From: an uncultured delta proteobacterium
GTDB taxonomy: Bacteria; Desulfobacterota; Syntrophorhabdia; Syntrophorhabdales; WCHB1-27
Reading direction: 5' to 3'
NCBI GenBank assembly: GCA_963810935.1
Contig: CAWEPK010000017.1
Span: 170,484-234,483 of the forward strand
DNA: 64,000 nt
Positions 55,691 through 64,000 of the stretch are shown one piece after another. The notes under the pieces were generated by a model. The model worked only from the letters and a program-made list of their open reading frames with translations. It ran no database searches and was not told the DNA's origin. The number at the start of each line of letters is the position of its first letter. The stretch's first letter is position 1. The translations under genes and the position numbers were made by a program.

Positions 55691-56863
55691 ATGGACTATC
55701 CTTCAGGCCGTCATTTTCTTCAAATCCCCGGGCCTACGAACGTGCCGGACAGCGTATTGCGGGCAATGGCTAAGCCGACCATCGACCACCGCGGGCCGGA
55801 GTTCTCCCGGATGACGAAAGAGATCCTCGAAGGTCTTGCGCGCGTCTGCAAGACGGCAGGCCCCGTGGTGATCTACCCTTCGTCGGGGACGGGGGCGTGG
55901 GAAGCATCCCTTGTCAATACGCTGTCGCCGGGCGACCGGGTCCTCATGGTCGAGACGGGCCACTTCGCCACCATGTGGAAAGGCGTAGCGGTAAAACTCG
56001 GCCTCAATGTCGATTTCATCCCTACGGACTGGCGGCGCGGGCCTGACCCGGCCGAGATCGAGGCACGCCTTGCTGCCGATAAGGATAGATCGATCAAGGC
56101 AGTCGCCATCGTCCACAACGAGACATCGACGGGCGTAGCGAGCCGCGTGGCGGACGTGCGCAAAGCCATCGACGCAACCGGCCACCCGGCGCTCTTCATG
56201 GTCGATACGATCTCATCCCTCGCCTCCATCGACTACAGGCACGACGAATGGGGCGTAGACGTCACAATCGGCTGCTCGCAAAAGGGCCTGATGCTGCCGC
56301 CCGGCATGGGCCTGAACGCAGTCAGCCAGAAGGCCCTCGCCGCTGCGAAGGGCGCAACGCTGCCTAAGTCTTACTGGGATTGGGAGCCGATGTTCCCCCT
56401 CAACAAACAGGGCTTCTTCCCCTACACGCCGCCGACGAACCTCCTTTTCGGCCTTCAGGAATCACTCAGAATGCTGGAAGAGGAGGGCCTGACAAATGTC
56501 TTTGCGCGGCACAACCGCCACGCGGAGGCGACGCGCAGGGCCGTCCGGGCGTGGGGGTTGGAGCTGCTCTGCCAGGCGCCGGAAGAATACAGCAGCTCCC
56601 TCACTGCCGTGCTTCTGCCGGAGGCGGACGCGCTGCGGAAGGTGATACTCGAGCATTTTAATATGTCCCTCGGCAACGGCCTGGGGAAGGTGGCAGGCAA
56701 GGTCTTCCGCATAGGCCACCTTGGCGACTTTAACGACCTCATGCTTGCGGGCACTTTGAGCGGCATAGAGATGGGCCTGGAGCTTGCCGGTGTCGCCCAC
56801 AAAAAAGGCGGCGTTGCGGCGGCCCTCGATTACCTGGCGGAGGAAAGAAAGAGACATGGATAA
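55691..56863 (+). CDS. Serine/alanine-glyoxylate aminotransferase (class V PLP)
   Basis: GRHFLQIPGPTNVP, HNETSTG, VDTISS, SQKGLMLPPG, FPYTP and FRIGHLG motifs; close to SgaA-type enzymes. Confidence 0.9.
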   Translation: MDYPSGRHFLQIPGPTNVPDSVLRAMAKPTIDHRGPEFSRMTKEILEGLARVCKTAGPVVIYPSSGTGAWEASLVNTLSPGDRVLMVETGHFATMWKGVAVKLGLNVDFIPTDWRRGPDPAEIEARLAADKDRSIKAVAIVHNETSTGVASRVADVRKAIDATGHPALFMVDTISSLASIDYRHDEWGVDVTIGCSQKGLMLPPGMGLNAVSQKALAAAKGATLPKSYWDWEPMFPLNKQGFFPYTPPTNLLFGLQESLRMLEEEGLTNVFARHNRHAEATRRAVRAWGLELLCQAPEEYSSSLTAVLLPEADALRKVILEHFNMSLGNGLGKVAGKVFRIGHLGDFNDLMLAGTLSGIEMGLELAGVAHKKGGVAAALDYLAEERKRHG

Positions 56864-59711
56864 AAAGAAGATTTTCCGTGGCATATCCCGGACGATAGAA
56901 GGGGACCTCCTTTACGACGACCTGACCCTGACGCTTTACAGCAGCGGGGCCTGCCTGTTCCGGGTAAAGCCGCTGGCCGTAGTCCGGCCGAAGAATAAGG
57001 ACGACGTAGTCAAGCTCGTGCGGTTTGCAGCGGAGCAAAAGATACCTCTCACGGCGAGGGGTGGAGGGACGAGCCGCGTAGGCAACGAGCTTGGCGAGGG
57101 GATAATCGTCGATTTCTCCCGTTACATGAACCGGCTGCTGGACGTGAACCCCAAAAGCATGTGGGCCCGCGTCGAGCCGGGCATCATGCAGGGCAGCCTG
57201 AACAAGGCGGTAAAGGCCCACGGCATCTTCTATCCAATCGACCCCTCGACGAAGGAGCACTGCACTATCGGCGGGATGGTCGCGAACAATTCAAGCGGTC
57301 CCCACGCAGTCAGGTACGGGGCGACCCGCGACACGGTCCTCTCCCTGGAGGTCGTCCTCGCAAGCGGCGACATCATAGCGACCGGCCCCGTAAAACCGCA
57401 AGATGCAGAAACAGCGCCCGGCGATATATACCGCAGGATGGACGACATCCTCGACCGCTACAAGGGCCCCCTGGAAGACGAGAAGCCTTTCACGGTCAAG
57501 AACTCGTCGGGCTACGACCTGTGGCGCTTGAGGACAGGTGGCGGGATCGACCTTACATCGCTCTTCGTCGGCTCCGAAGGGACTTTGGGGCTGATAACCG
57601 AGGCGACCCTCAAGCTCTCGCCCCTTCCCGGCCGCACCCTTGGCGGCCTCGTCTATTTCAACGATCTGGAAAAGGTCGGTCCGGCCACCTTGCGGATACT
57701 CGAATCTACGCCGACGATGCTGGAGATCATAGAGAGGCGCGTCCTCGACCTGGCAAGGCAGCAGAAGGCAGAGCTAAGGCCCTACCTGCCGGACGGCATC
57801 GAGGCAGTTCTGTTTATCGAGTTCGAGGGCGGAAGCGCGGAGGAGCTGAGGTCGAAATTCACCGCTGTCGAAAAAGACCTCCTGGGCGCGGGACTCGCAA
57901 CCGAGATGAGGGTAGCCAGGGACGCTGGTGACATGGCCATGCTGGAGAAGGTCAGGTCCGTCTCCGGTCCGATCCTGAATAAGACGAAAGGCCCCAGGCG
58001 GCCCGTCGCATTCATCGAGGACGCGGCTGTCCATCCGAGCCGCCTTCCGCAGTACATAAAGGGTCTGCGCGACATCTTCAGGCGGTTTGACGTGGACGCG
58101 GGCATTTACGGCCACGCGGGCGACGGCAACATGCACCTCATGGTCTTCCTCGACTTAAAGCGCGAGGAAGAGGTGAAAAAAATGGTCGCCCTGGCGGACG
58201 CAGCCTACGAGCTCGTCCTTTCCCTGAAAGGGACGATAAGCGGCGAGCACGGGGACGGGCGCTTGCGGACCTACTATACGAAGCGCCAATATCCACGCCT
58301 CTATCCGGCATTCAGGGAGATAAAGACGCTGCTCGACCCGGATTCCATCCTCAACCCCGGCTCGATTATAGGAGGGGATGAGAACCCGCTGCCCCGTTTC
58401 CTGAAGTTCAAAAAAGATAAAGGTGTCCCGGTGGATATTATCGGCAGGCAGTCGGTCAGGGACGCGGTCGAGGCGTGCTCCGGCTGCGGGAAATGCCGCT
58501 CTTACTGCCCTATCGCGATGGAAGTAATGGAAGAATGGGTCATGGGCAGGGCGAAGGCGAGCCTGATAAGGGAATACCTCGCAGGCACCCTCGACGAGAA
58601 GATCGTCTCATCCCCGAGGTTCAGGGAGGTGCTCGATTCGTGCGTCAACTGCAAGCGGTGCCTGACAGACTGCCCCTCCGGCTCTGACGTCCCCTGGATA
58701 GCCCTTTCCGGTCGCGCCTTAGTAGCAGAGCGGCAGGGCGAGCCCCTTTCGAGGAAGATCATGGGCAACACACGTTTACTCTGTGAAACGGGAAGCGCCT
58801 TCGCCCCACTCGCGAATGCAGCGGGCGGCCTCGCGCCGCTGCGCTGGGGGATCGAGCTGTTCACGGGACTCGACAGGAGGCGCCGCCTGCCGCCGTTCCA
58901 GAGAAAGACGCTGCGGAAGTGGATGGAGGAGCGCCCACGGCGGACCGGCGGCAAAAAGGTCGCCTATTTCTTAAGCTGCTACTCGAACTTCAACGACCCG
59001 GAAGGCGACGGGCTCGCGACTGTCGAGGCCCTCGAAAGAAACGGCTTCGAGGTAATGCTGCCCGATTTCCGGTGCTGCGGCGTCGCCAGGCTCAGCTCTG
59101 GCGCGATAAACGCCGTAAGCGAGGACGTCCGCTTCAATGTCCGCCTGCTCGCCGGGCTTGCTAAAGAAGGCATACCCGTAGTCTTCAGCGAGCCGAGCTG
59201 CGCCCTTGCGGTCAAGATGGAATATCCGCTGGTCGAAGCGTCGGACGAGACGTTAAAGGCAGGCCGGAACTGTTACGAGATCCACGATTTCCTCATCAGC
59301 CTGCACAGAAGGGGAGAGCTCGACACGCACCTCGGCAGGCTGGACATCAAGGTTGGCTATCATAATCCCTGCCACCTGCGCGCACTCGGCGTCACGAAAG
59401 AGCCTGTCGAGCTGTTACGGCTTATCCCCGGCGTGGACGTCCAGGTTTACAGCGACCGGTGCTGCGGCATAGCGGGCACGTTCGGCCTCAAGAAGAAGAA
59501 TTACGATCTTTCTATGGCTATCGGCAAGAGGCTCTTCAAGGAGATCAAGGACTCGAAAGTGGACGAGGTGGCGACGAGCTGCGGCGCCTGCTCCATGCAG
59601 ATATTGCAGGGGACAGGCATAAAGGCCGCTACACCCGTTGCGCTTCTCGCGCGGGCATACAGGCTCGAAGAGAGCCCCGCAAAGGAAACAGACGAAGCAA
59701 ACCGTGCGTAA
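56856..59711 (+). CDS. FAD-binding plus Fe-S (GlcD-GlcF fusion, YdiJ/Dld-II-like) 2-hydroxy-acid dehydrogenase
   Basis: RGGGTS, GGMVANNSSG, GSEGTLG, GHAGDGN.H, SGEHGDG, CSGCGKC...CP, CVNCKRC..DCP and CCG domains; start ATG 56856. Confidence 0.9.
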   Translation: MDKKKIFRGISRTIEGDLLYDDLTLTLYSSGACLFRVKPLAVVRPKNKDDVVKLVRFAAEQKIPLTARGGGTSRVGNELGEGIIVDFSRYMNRLLDVNPKSMWARVEPGIMQGSLNKAVKAHGIFYPIDPSTKEHCTIGGMVANNSSGPHAVRYGATRDTVLSLEVVLASGDIIATGPVKPQDAETAPGDIYRRMDDILDRYKGPLEDEKPFTVKNSSGYDLWRLRTGGGIDLTSLFVGSEGTLGLITEATLKLSPLPGRTLGGLVYFNDLEKVGPATLRILESTPTMLEIIERRVLDLARQQKAELRPYLPDGIEAVLFIEFEGGSAEELRSKFTAVEKDLLGAGLATEMRVARDAGDMAMLEKVRSVSGPILNKTKGPRRPVAFIEDAAVHPSRLPQYIKGLRDIFRRFDVDAGIYGHAGDGNMHLMVFLDLKREEEVKKMVALADAAYELVLSLKGTISGEHGDGRLRTYYTKRQYPRLYPAFREIKTLLDPDSILNPGSIIGGDENPLPRFLKFKKDKGVPVDIIGRQSVRDAVEACSGCGKCRSYCPIAMEVMEEWVMGRAKASLIREYLAGTLDEKIVSSPRFREVLDSCVNCKRCLTDCPSGSDVPWIALSGRALVAERQGEPLSRKIMGNTRLLCETGSAFAPLANAAGGLAPLRWGIELFTGLDRRRRLPPFQRKTLRKWMEERPRRTGGKKVAYFLSCYSNFNDPEGDGLATVEALERNGFEVMLPDFRCCGVARLSSGAINAVSEDVRFNVRLLAGLAKEGIPVVFSEPSCALAVKMEYPLVEASDETLKAGRNCYEIHDFLISLHRRGELDTHLGRLDIKVGYHNPCHLRALGVTKEPVELLRLIPGVDVQVYSDRCCGIAGTFGLKKKNYDLSMAIGKRLFKEIKDSKVDEVATSCGACSMQILQGTGIKAATPVALLARAYRLEESPAKETDEANRA

Positions 59712-59738
59712 AAGCAAAGAGAAGAGGAGGACAGGCTG

Positions 59739-61001
59739 ATGAGCGTACCGATGATGTCCCTGATCGCCCTGCTGATCGCAATCATAGTGAGCTGCTTCAC
59801 GTCGCTCAATATAGGCACGCTCGCCATCGGGCTGTCGCTGATCGTCGGCTATTACCTGGGCGGGCTCAAAATCACCGAGATCGTCAAAGGTTATCCGACG
59901 AACCTCTTTATCCTGCTGGCGGGCACCACCTATCTTTTCTCCATTGCCCAGGCGAACGGCACGCTCGAAAAAATCTCCAAATACGCTGTGAAGGCAGTGC
60001 GGGGGAACATCGCCCTCCTGCCCGTCGTCCTCTTCTTCCTCGCCTTCGGCCTCTCTTCGATGGGGCCGGGCCAGATCACCGTATCCGCCCTGCTGGCAGG
60101 GCCCGCAATGACGCTCGCCGAGCAGGTGGGCATGTCGCCCCTTCTCATGGCCCTTGTCGTAGGCAACGGCGCCCTCGCCGGGTCGATGTCCCCCATCGCG
60201 CCGCCCGGCATCATTGCAACGGCCATATTGAAGAATATGGGCTTGACGGGAGTGACGGTAAGACTCTGGATGAACATGCTCCTCTGCCAGTCGGCAGTCT
60301 CATGCCTGGCCTATGTCCTGTTCGGCGGCATAAAGCTTTTACGCAACAGGGACAAGGGGCAGCAGGAGGCGCTCAAAAACATCGCGGTCGAGCGCTTTAC
60401 GGGGTCCCAGATCGCCACGATATGCGGCATCGGCGTGCTTATCGTAGGGGCGATATTCTTCAAGGTGGACATCGGCTTCGGCGCCTTTATGATAGGCGCG
60501 ATCCTCTCCCTCTTCAGGACGGTCGACGAGGGCAAGGCCATCAAGGGCATGCCGTGGGGCACGATACTCATGGTCACGGGAGTGACGGTCCTCGTCGAAT
60601 TGATGAGCAAGGTCGGCGGCCTCGACCTCTTCGCGAGGATGATGGCGGCCATGTCCAACTCCTATACGGTCACCATGGTCGCCGGCTTCTGGGCGGGCGT
60701 CGTCTCCGCCTACGCGAGCACTACGGGCGTGATACTTCCAGCCTTCCTGCCCATGGCGCCGAATCTCCTCAAGCTCGTCGGCGGCACGGACCTCATGGCG
60801 CTGATATCGTCCATGATAGTCTGCGGCTTCCTCGTGGACCTAAGTCCCCTCTCGACCATAGGCGCAGTCTTCATCGCAAACGCGGGGCCGAGCGCGGACA
60901 AGCCGAAGCTATTCAGGAACATGCTTATCTGGGGCCTTTCGATGTCGGTGGTCGGTGCGGTCATAAGCTGGCTCGCCTTCACGGTCCTCCGGCTGCCTTA
61001 G
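59739..61001 (+). CDS. Di/tricarboxylate carrier (MatC/SLC13-like, IT superfamily)
   Basis: About 12 TM segments; NIG.LA, AQANGTLEK, SP, W.TIL..GV, ASTTGV and DLSPLST.GA motifs. Confidence 0.8.
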   Translation: MSVPMMSLIALLIAIIVSCFTSLNIGTLAIGLSLIVGYYLGGLKITEIVKGYPTNLFILLAGTTYLFSIAQANGTLEKISKYAVKAVRGNIALLPVVLFFLAFGLSSMGPGQITVSALLAGPAMTLAEQVGMSPLLMALVVGNGALAGSMSPIAPPGIIATAILKNMGLTGVTVRLWMNMLLCQSAVSCLAYVLFGGIKLLRNRDKGQQEALKNIAVERFTGSQIATICGIGVLIVGAIFFKVDIGFGAFMIGAILSLFRTVDEGKAIKGMPWGTILMVTGVTVLVELMSKVGGLDLFARMMAAMSNSYTVTMVAGFWAGVVSAYASTTGVILPAFLPMAPNLLKLVGGTDLMALISSMIVCGFLVDLSPLSTIGAVFIANAGPSADKPKLFRNMLIWGLSMSVVGAVISWLAFTVLRLP

Positions 61002-61044
61002 AAAAAGCCGGGAAAACAACCGAAATGGCGGCCAAGTAAAGGCG

Positions 61045-61587
61045 CTACGCGGGATGGTCTGCGGTCTTCGGCACAACCTGAGGGTGCAGCTTGACGAAAG
61101 CATCCAGGGCCAGCCAGACGAAGAATACCCCCGGAATTTTCTCCAGGCCCAGCCCCCCTTTGAGAATCGACCAGACCCCCGCCCCCAGGAAGGCAAGGGG
61201 CGTCAAAAGCCTCAAGTCGACGGGGACGCCCGCAACGTGCAAGCGCCGGTTGAGGTCGTTTACGGCCTCCGCCAGGCTGCGGCAGCTCCCGTCCGGGCCG
61301 CTAACGCCGCCGGCTTCGCCTGCCACGTATGAAACGAGGACGTCGATGTCGCGCAGTGCATCGAAGACCCCCGCCTCGTGCATCTTCTGCCTGTCGTACC
61401 TGACGGTTACGCTCCCCGTCGTGTGGTTGACCTGCACGTCGCTCACACCGGCCTGAGCCTCGAGGTGGTCCTTGATCTTTTGCAGTGCGTGGCTGCGGCG
61501 GGCGTGGGGGTCGAGCCGCACGCGAATGCGCCCGGGAATGCGGCTGGCCACGGTCGCGTGGTAATTATGTCGTTCCCCTGTCTTCAT
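61045..61587 (-). CDS. HMA2-domain protein
   Basis: IPGRIRVRL and GV..V.VN..TGSV.V.YD motifs, with C-terminal hydrophobic segments; start taken at ATG 61587. Confidence 0.7.
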   Translation of the reverse strand: MKTGERHNYHATVASRIPGRIRVRLDPHARRSHALQKIKDHLEAQAGVSDVQVNHTTGSVTVRYDRQKMHEAGVFDALRDIDVLVSYVAGEAGGVSGPDGSCRSLAEAVNDLNRRLHVAGVPVDLRLLTPLAFLGAGVWSILKGGLGLEKIPGVFFVWLALDAFVKLHPQVVPKTADHPA

Positions 61588-61778
61588 GGGCGCTCCGTGA
61601 TCCAACAAAATCCTCCAACAAAATCTAAGCGTCGCGCGGGGACTTGTCAACGCAGACGGGCGCGTCGGCAAAAAGCCCGGTGGTTTTTGCTCGATTTTTA
61701 CCAGGGGGCCGCTTATAGTATACGCGGTAAAAGCACGATCCTGAGGGCACCGGCCGTCTGGAAGAAAAGGGAGGCAAC

Positions 61779-62673
61779 ATGAAGACATCACGGCAGCGGA
61801 TCACGGCACGGTCAAAGGGCGGGGCATGCGTACTGGCAGCGGCCCTGATCGCCCTTTCGCTCGTTTGTCCGGCCCGGCAGGCGGCTTTCGCGCAGGCGGG
61901 CCTCGGGCGGGCTTCAGCCGCACCAGGGGCGGTACTTCAAGTGGTCGGCCCCTTCAGGCTGGCGCGTCAGCGAAACGAACGCGGGCGTCACCCTTACGTC
62001 CGCCGACGGCAAGTACTCCGCCTTCCTGGCGACCATCGCCAGGTCGAGAGGCAGCAGGACACCCAGGGATTTCCTCCAGTGGGTGCTCGCGAGCACCGGC
62101 TGCACGAACGTGCGCGTCCTCTCATCGAAGCAGCTCCCGGCCCAGCGCATGTCCTACCAGGAATGGCGGTTCATCGGGGTAACCGTCGTCGTTCACGTCC
62201 CACGGTGTGCCGATGACAGGCGTCATCACGTCCGGCGTGGCCAACTACGGCGGGATGAATGATGCGATGGTGGTCGGCTATCAAGCGGCCGACCTCCGAG
62301 TTCGAGCAAGCCCGCTCCTTCATGCCGAAGATCGCGAAGAGCATCGTCCTTACAAACGCGGCCCAGGCAAACGGCAACGACACTGATCATACGGCCGAAA
62401 AACAATCCTCTGGACAACACGCCTACGATAAAATCATGGGAGAACAGGCAAAAAGGCGTAGACGAGGCGATGCGCAACGGCTCGAACGCCAGAAGGGGCG
62501 CCGTAGACCTTTACGACCCGTCCACGGGCGAGAAACTGAACACATCGACCCAGAACACCCCCTACTACTGGAGGAAACCGGGCACCAATGAAGTCGTGGG
62601 GACGAACACATACAACCCGCCGGGTGTCGGATACGTGCCGCTTCAGACGCAGCCGCCCCAGCAGGGACGTTAG
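61779..62673 (+). pseudogene. Secreted hypothetical protein broken by about 4 frameshifts (pseudogene or sequencing errors)
   Basis: GGAGG RBS and signal peptide, then protein-like segments in successive frames: QGRYFKWSAPSGWRVSETNAGVTLTS..., GVITSGVANYGGMNDAMVVGYQ, PTSEFEQARSFMPKIAKSI, RPKNNPLDN...DLYDPSTGE...YYWRKPGTNEVVG. Confidence 0.55.
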
Positions 62674-62699
62674 TCGGCGAGACCGCAAAACGGCGGTCC

Positions 62700-63293
62700 T
62701 CAGCGCAGGAATCCGCAGCGCTTCCATCCCCTGTCGAAGAACGGGTTTTTCCCCGTCGCGGACAGGGGGATCGCCATGATGACGTCCGAATCGAGAAGCC
62801 CCAGGGCCTTTGCTGCGGCCCCGGCCGTGTACATGATACGGTTGTCGATGCCCATCTCCGCAGCCAGTTTTACGGCAGAGCCAAGGGCGACGCCGATGTC
62901 GATCGCCTGGAAAACGCACGTAGGCCCCGCAAAGTCCTCCCCCTGCCTGGGTCCGGCCGCCTCAAGCCCGCGGCATGTACCGTAGCCGCAGGCCCCGCAG
63001 TTGAAAGGCATATCTATTTTTTTAGGGTCCCTGTTGACCCCGACCAGCAGGACGGCCGCCGCTTTCCGCACGCTGCCCGCGTCTCTCTTAAAAATCGGCA
63101 GCTCGGTCGATTTTTCCCCGCCCTTCTTTTCCATCATTGCCGCCAGAGCTTCGAGGTCGTCCCCCGAGACAACGGCGGTCTTGAGGGAGTCCGTTCCCCG
63201 CGTCTTCGGCGCGGTCCGCATGGCAAGCGCCATCATCGCGGCCCCTGTCCGGACGGCATCATTCTCCATTGCTTCATTTTTTACGATGGTCAT
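62700..63293 (-). CDS. DUF2148/ferredoxin-domain protein
   Basis: RTAPKTRG, F.RDA, NCGACGY.TC, C....D.G.A.GSA, DNRIMY..G and PLSATGKNPFFDR motifs. Confidence 0.8.
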   Translation of the reverse strand: MTIVKNEAMENDAVRTGAAMMALAMRTAPKTRGTDSLKTAVVSGDDLEALAAMMEKKGGEKSTELPIFKRDAGSVRKAAAVLLVGVNRDPKKIDMPFNCGACGYGTCRGLEAAGPRQGEDFAGPTCVFQAIDIGVALGSAVKLAAEMGIDNRIMYTAGAAAKALGLLDSDVIMAIPLSATGKNPFFDRGWKRCGFLR

Positions 63294-63439
63294 CGGTCCC
63301 CCCCTGCCTGCAAGGTATGGACGAAGCGCACGATCATTATTGGGGCTCAGCGCCCCCTCCACGAGCAAAGCCGCATGGGGCCTCCGTGCTCGGCGCTTCG
63401 CATACGCTCGCTTTACTGCCGCTGGGGGCCAGCGCACAA

Positions 63440-64000
63440 TCACCGCATCTGGTATCCGCCGGCAGGGCCGCTGCCGGGCCCGCCGGGTATACCTCCGCCG
63501 CGTCCCCCCCGCCCGCCGCCGGACCGCCTGCCCTGCCCGCCCGAACTTTTCTTGCACTCCCCGACCGACCCCTCCCCGCATATCCTCCCGTCCGTCCAGT
63601 ATGCGCCCGACAAGTCCGCACCTGTCAGGTTGGCGCCTGTCAATTTGGCCCCCGACAACTCGGTCCCGGCGAGCTTCGCATTCTCCAGAGAGGCATTGGT
63701 AAGGTCTGCGTTGGAGAGGTCCGCACCTGTCAGGTCGGTCTTCGACAGGTTCGCGTTCTTAAGGTTGGCCTTGCGCATGACGGCGTTCCGCAGGTTCGTT
63801 TCGGATAAATTTGCGAGGGAAAGGTCCGCACCGGAGAGTCTCACCCCCGGCAGCCTGCCTTTCGAGAGGTCGGCGCCGGGAAGCTCCGCCGCGGTCAGGT
63901 CGCAGAAAGGACATTGTTTGGTCGAGGACAACTTATCAACGTCTTCCTGCTTAAAAGCGAACACCGCCTGTGGGAAGGCGAATAACGGGACAAGGACCAG
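63440..64000 (-). CDS. Exported pentapeptide-repeat protein (5' end outside window)
   Basis: End of a signal peptide, CPFCDL, many A(D/N)L(S/T)X repeats, ICGEGSVGEC and a Gly-rich tail. Confidence 0.88.
   Translation of the reverse strand: MVLVPLFAFPQAVFAFKQEDVDKLSSTKQCPFCDLTAAELPGADLSKGRLPGVRLSGADLSLANLSETNLRNAVMRKANLKNANLSKTDLTGADLSNADLTNASLENAKLAGTELSGAKLTGANLTGADLSGAYWTDGRICGEGSVGECKKSSGGQGRRSGGGRGGRGGGIPGGPGSGPAGGYQMR

Noticed and set aside
62670..62702. UGA read-through at the end of the DUF2148 gene (also considered for the SPASM and pentapeptide genes)
   Set aside because: The UGA falls after the family's natural C-terminus, is not at a conserved Cys position, and the read-through would be short and featureless.

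Overview
GC-rich chromosomal window from an anaerobic Gram-negative bacterium; the gene content suggests Desulfobacterota or a Syntrophorhabdus-like organism, which is inference only. From left to right it holds: (1) the end of a surface-polysaccharide locus (SPASM-domain protein, GT4, GT2, O-antigen-ligase/Wzy-like protein, Wzx, GT4); (2) a porin and a TMTC-like GT-C/TPR protein paired with a GT2; (3) a large 2-hydroxy-acid/glyoxylate region with lctP-glcD, sodC, a minus-strand operon (SucC-like, ferredoxin, SucD-like, CitE-like lyase, PFOR, glcD, glcE, glcF), two FadR/GntR regulators, a Liv-type ABC importer, a LarA-family racemase and an MBL hydrolase; (4) uppP; (5) two convergent genes, missed or truncated by the ORF track, each with an in-frame UGA followed by a bacterial SECIS-like hairpin: a NifU/NfuA-C-like protein with an H-U-C motif and a DsbA/FrnE-like protein with UPWC; (6) a two-subunit aconitase X, GntR, TRAP, SDR and an orphan binding protein; (7) tRNA-Leu(UAG) and Fsr; (8) a MacAB-OMF efflux operon with a duplicated MFP; (9) an NrfA whose N-terminus looks like an NrfH relic, and DUF488; (10) an aminotransferase / FAD-FeS dehydrogenase / carboxylate-carrier operon and several small genes. 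The strongest candidates for something new are the putative Sec-containing NifU-like protein, the selenoprotein pair beside AcnX, a compact operon matching the malyl-CoA route of anaerobic glycolate/glyoxylate oxidation, and the NrfH-NrfA chimera. Three genes show indel frameshifts that may be sequencing artefacts. No CRISPR array, transposase or integrase was recognised.
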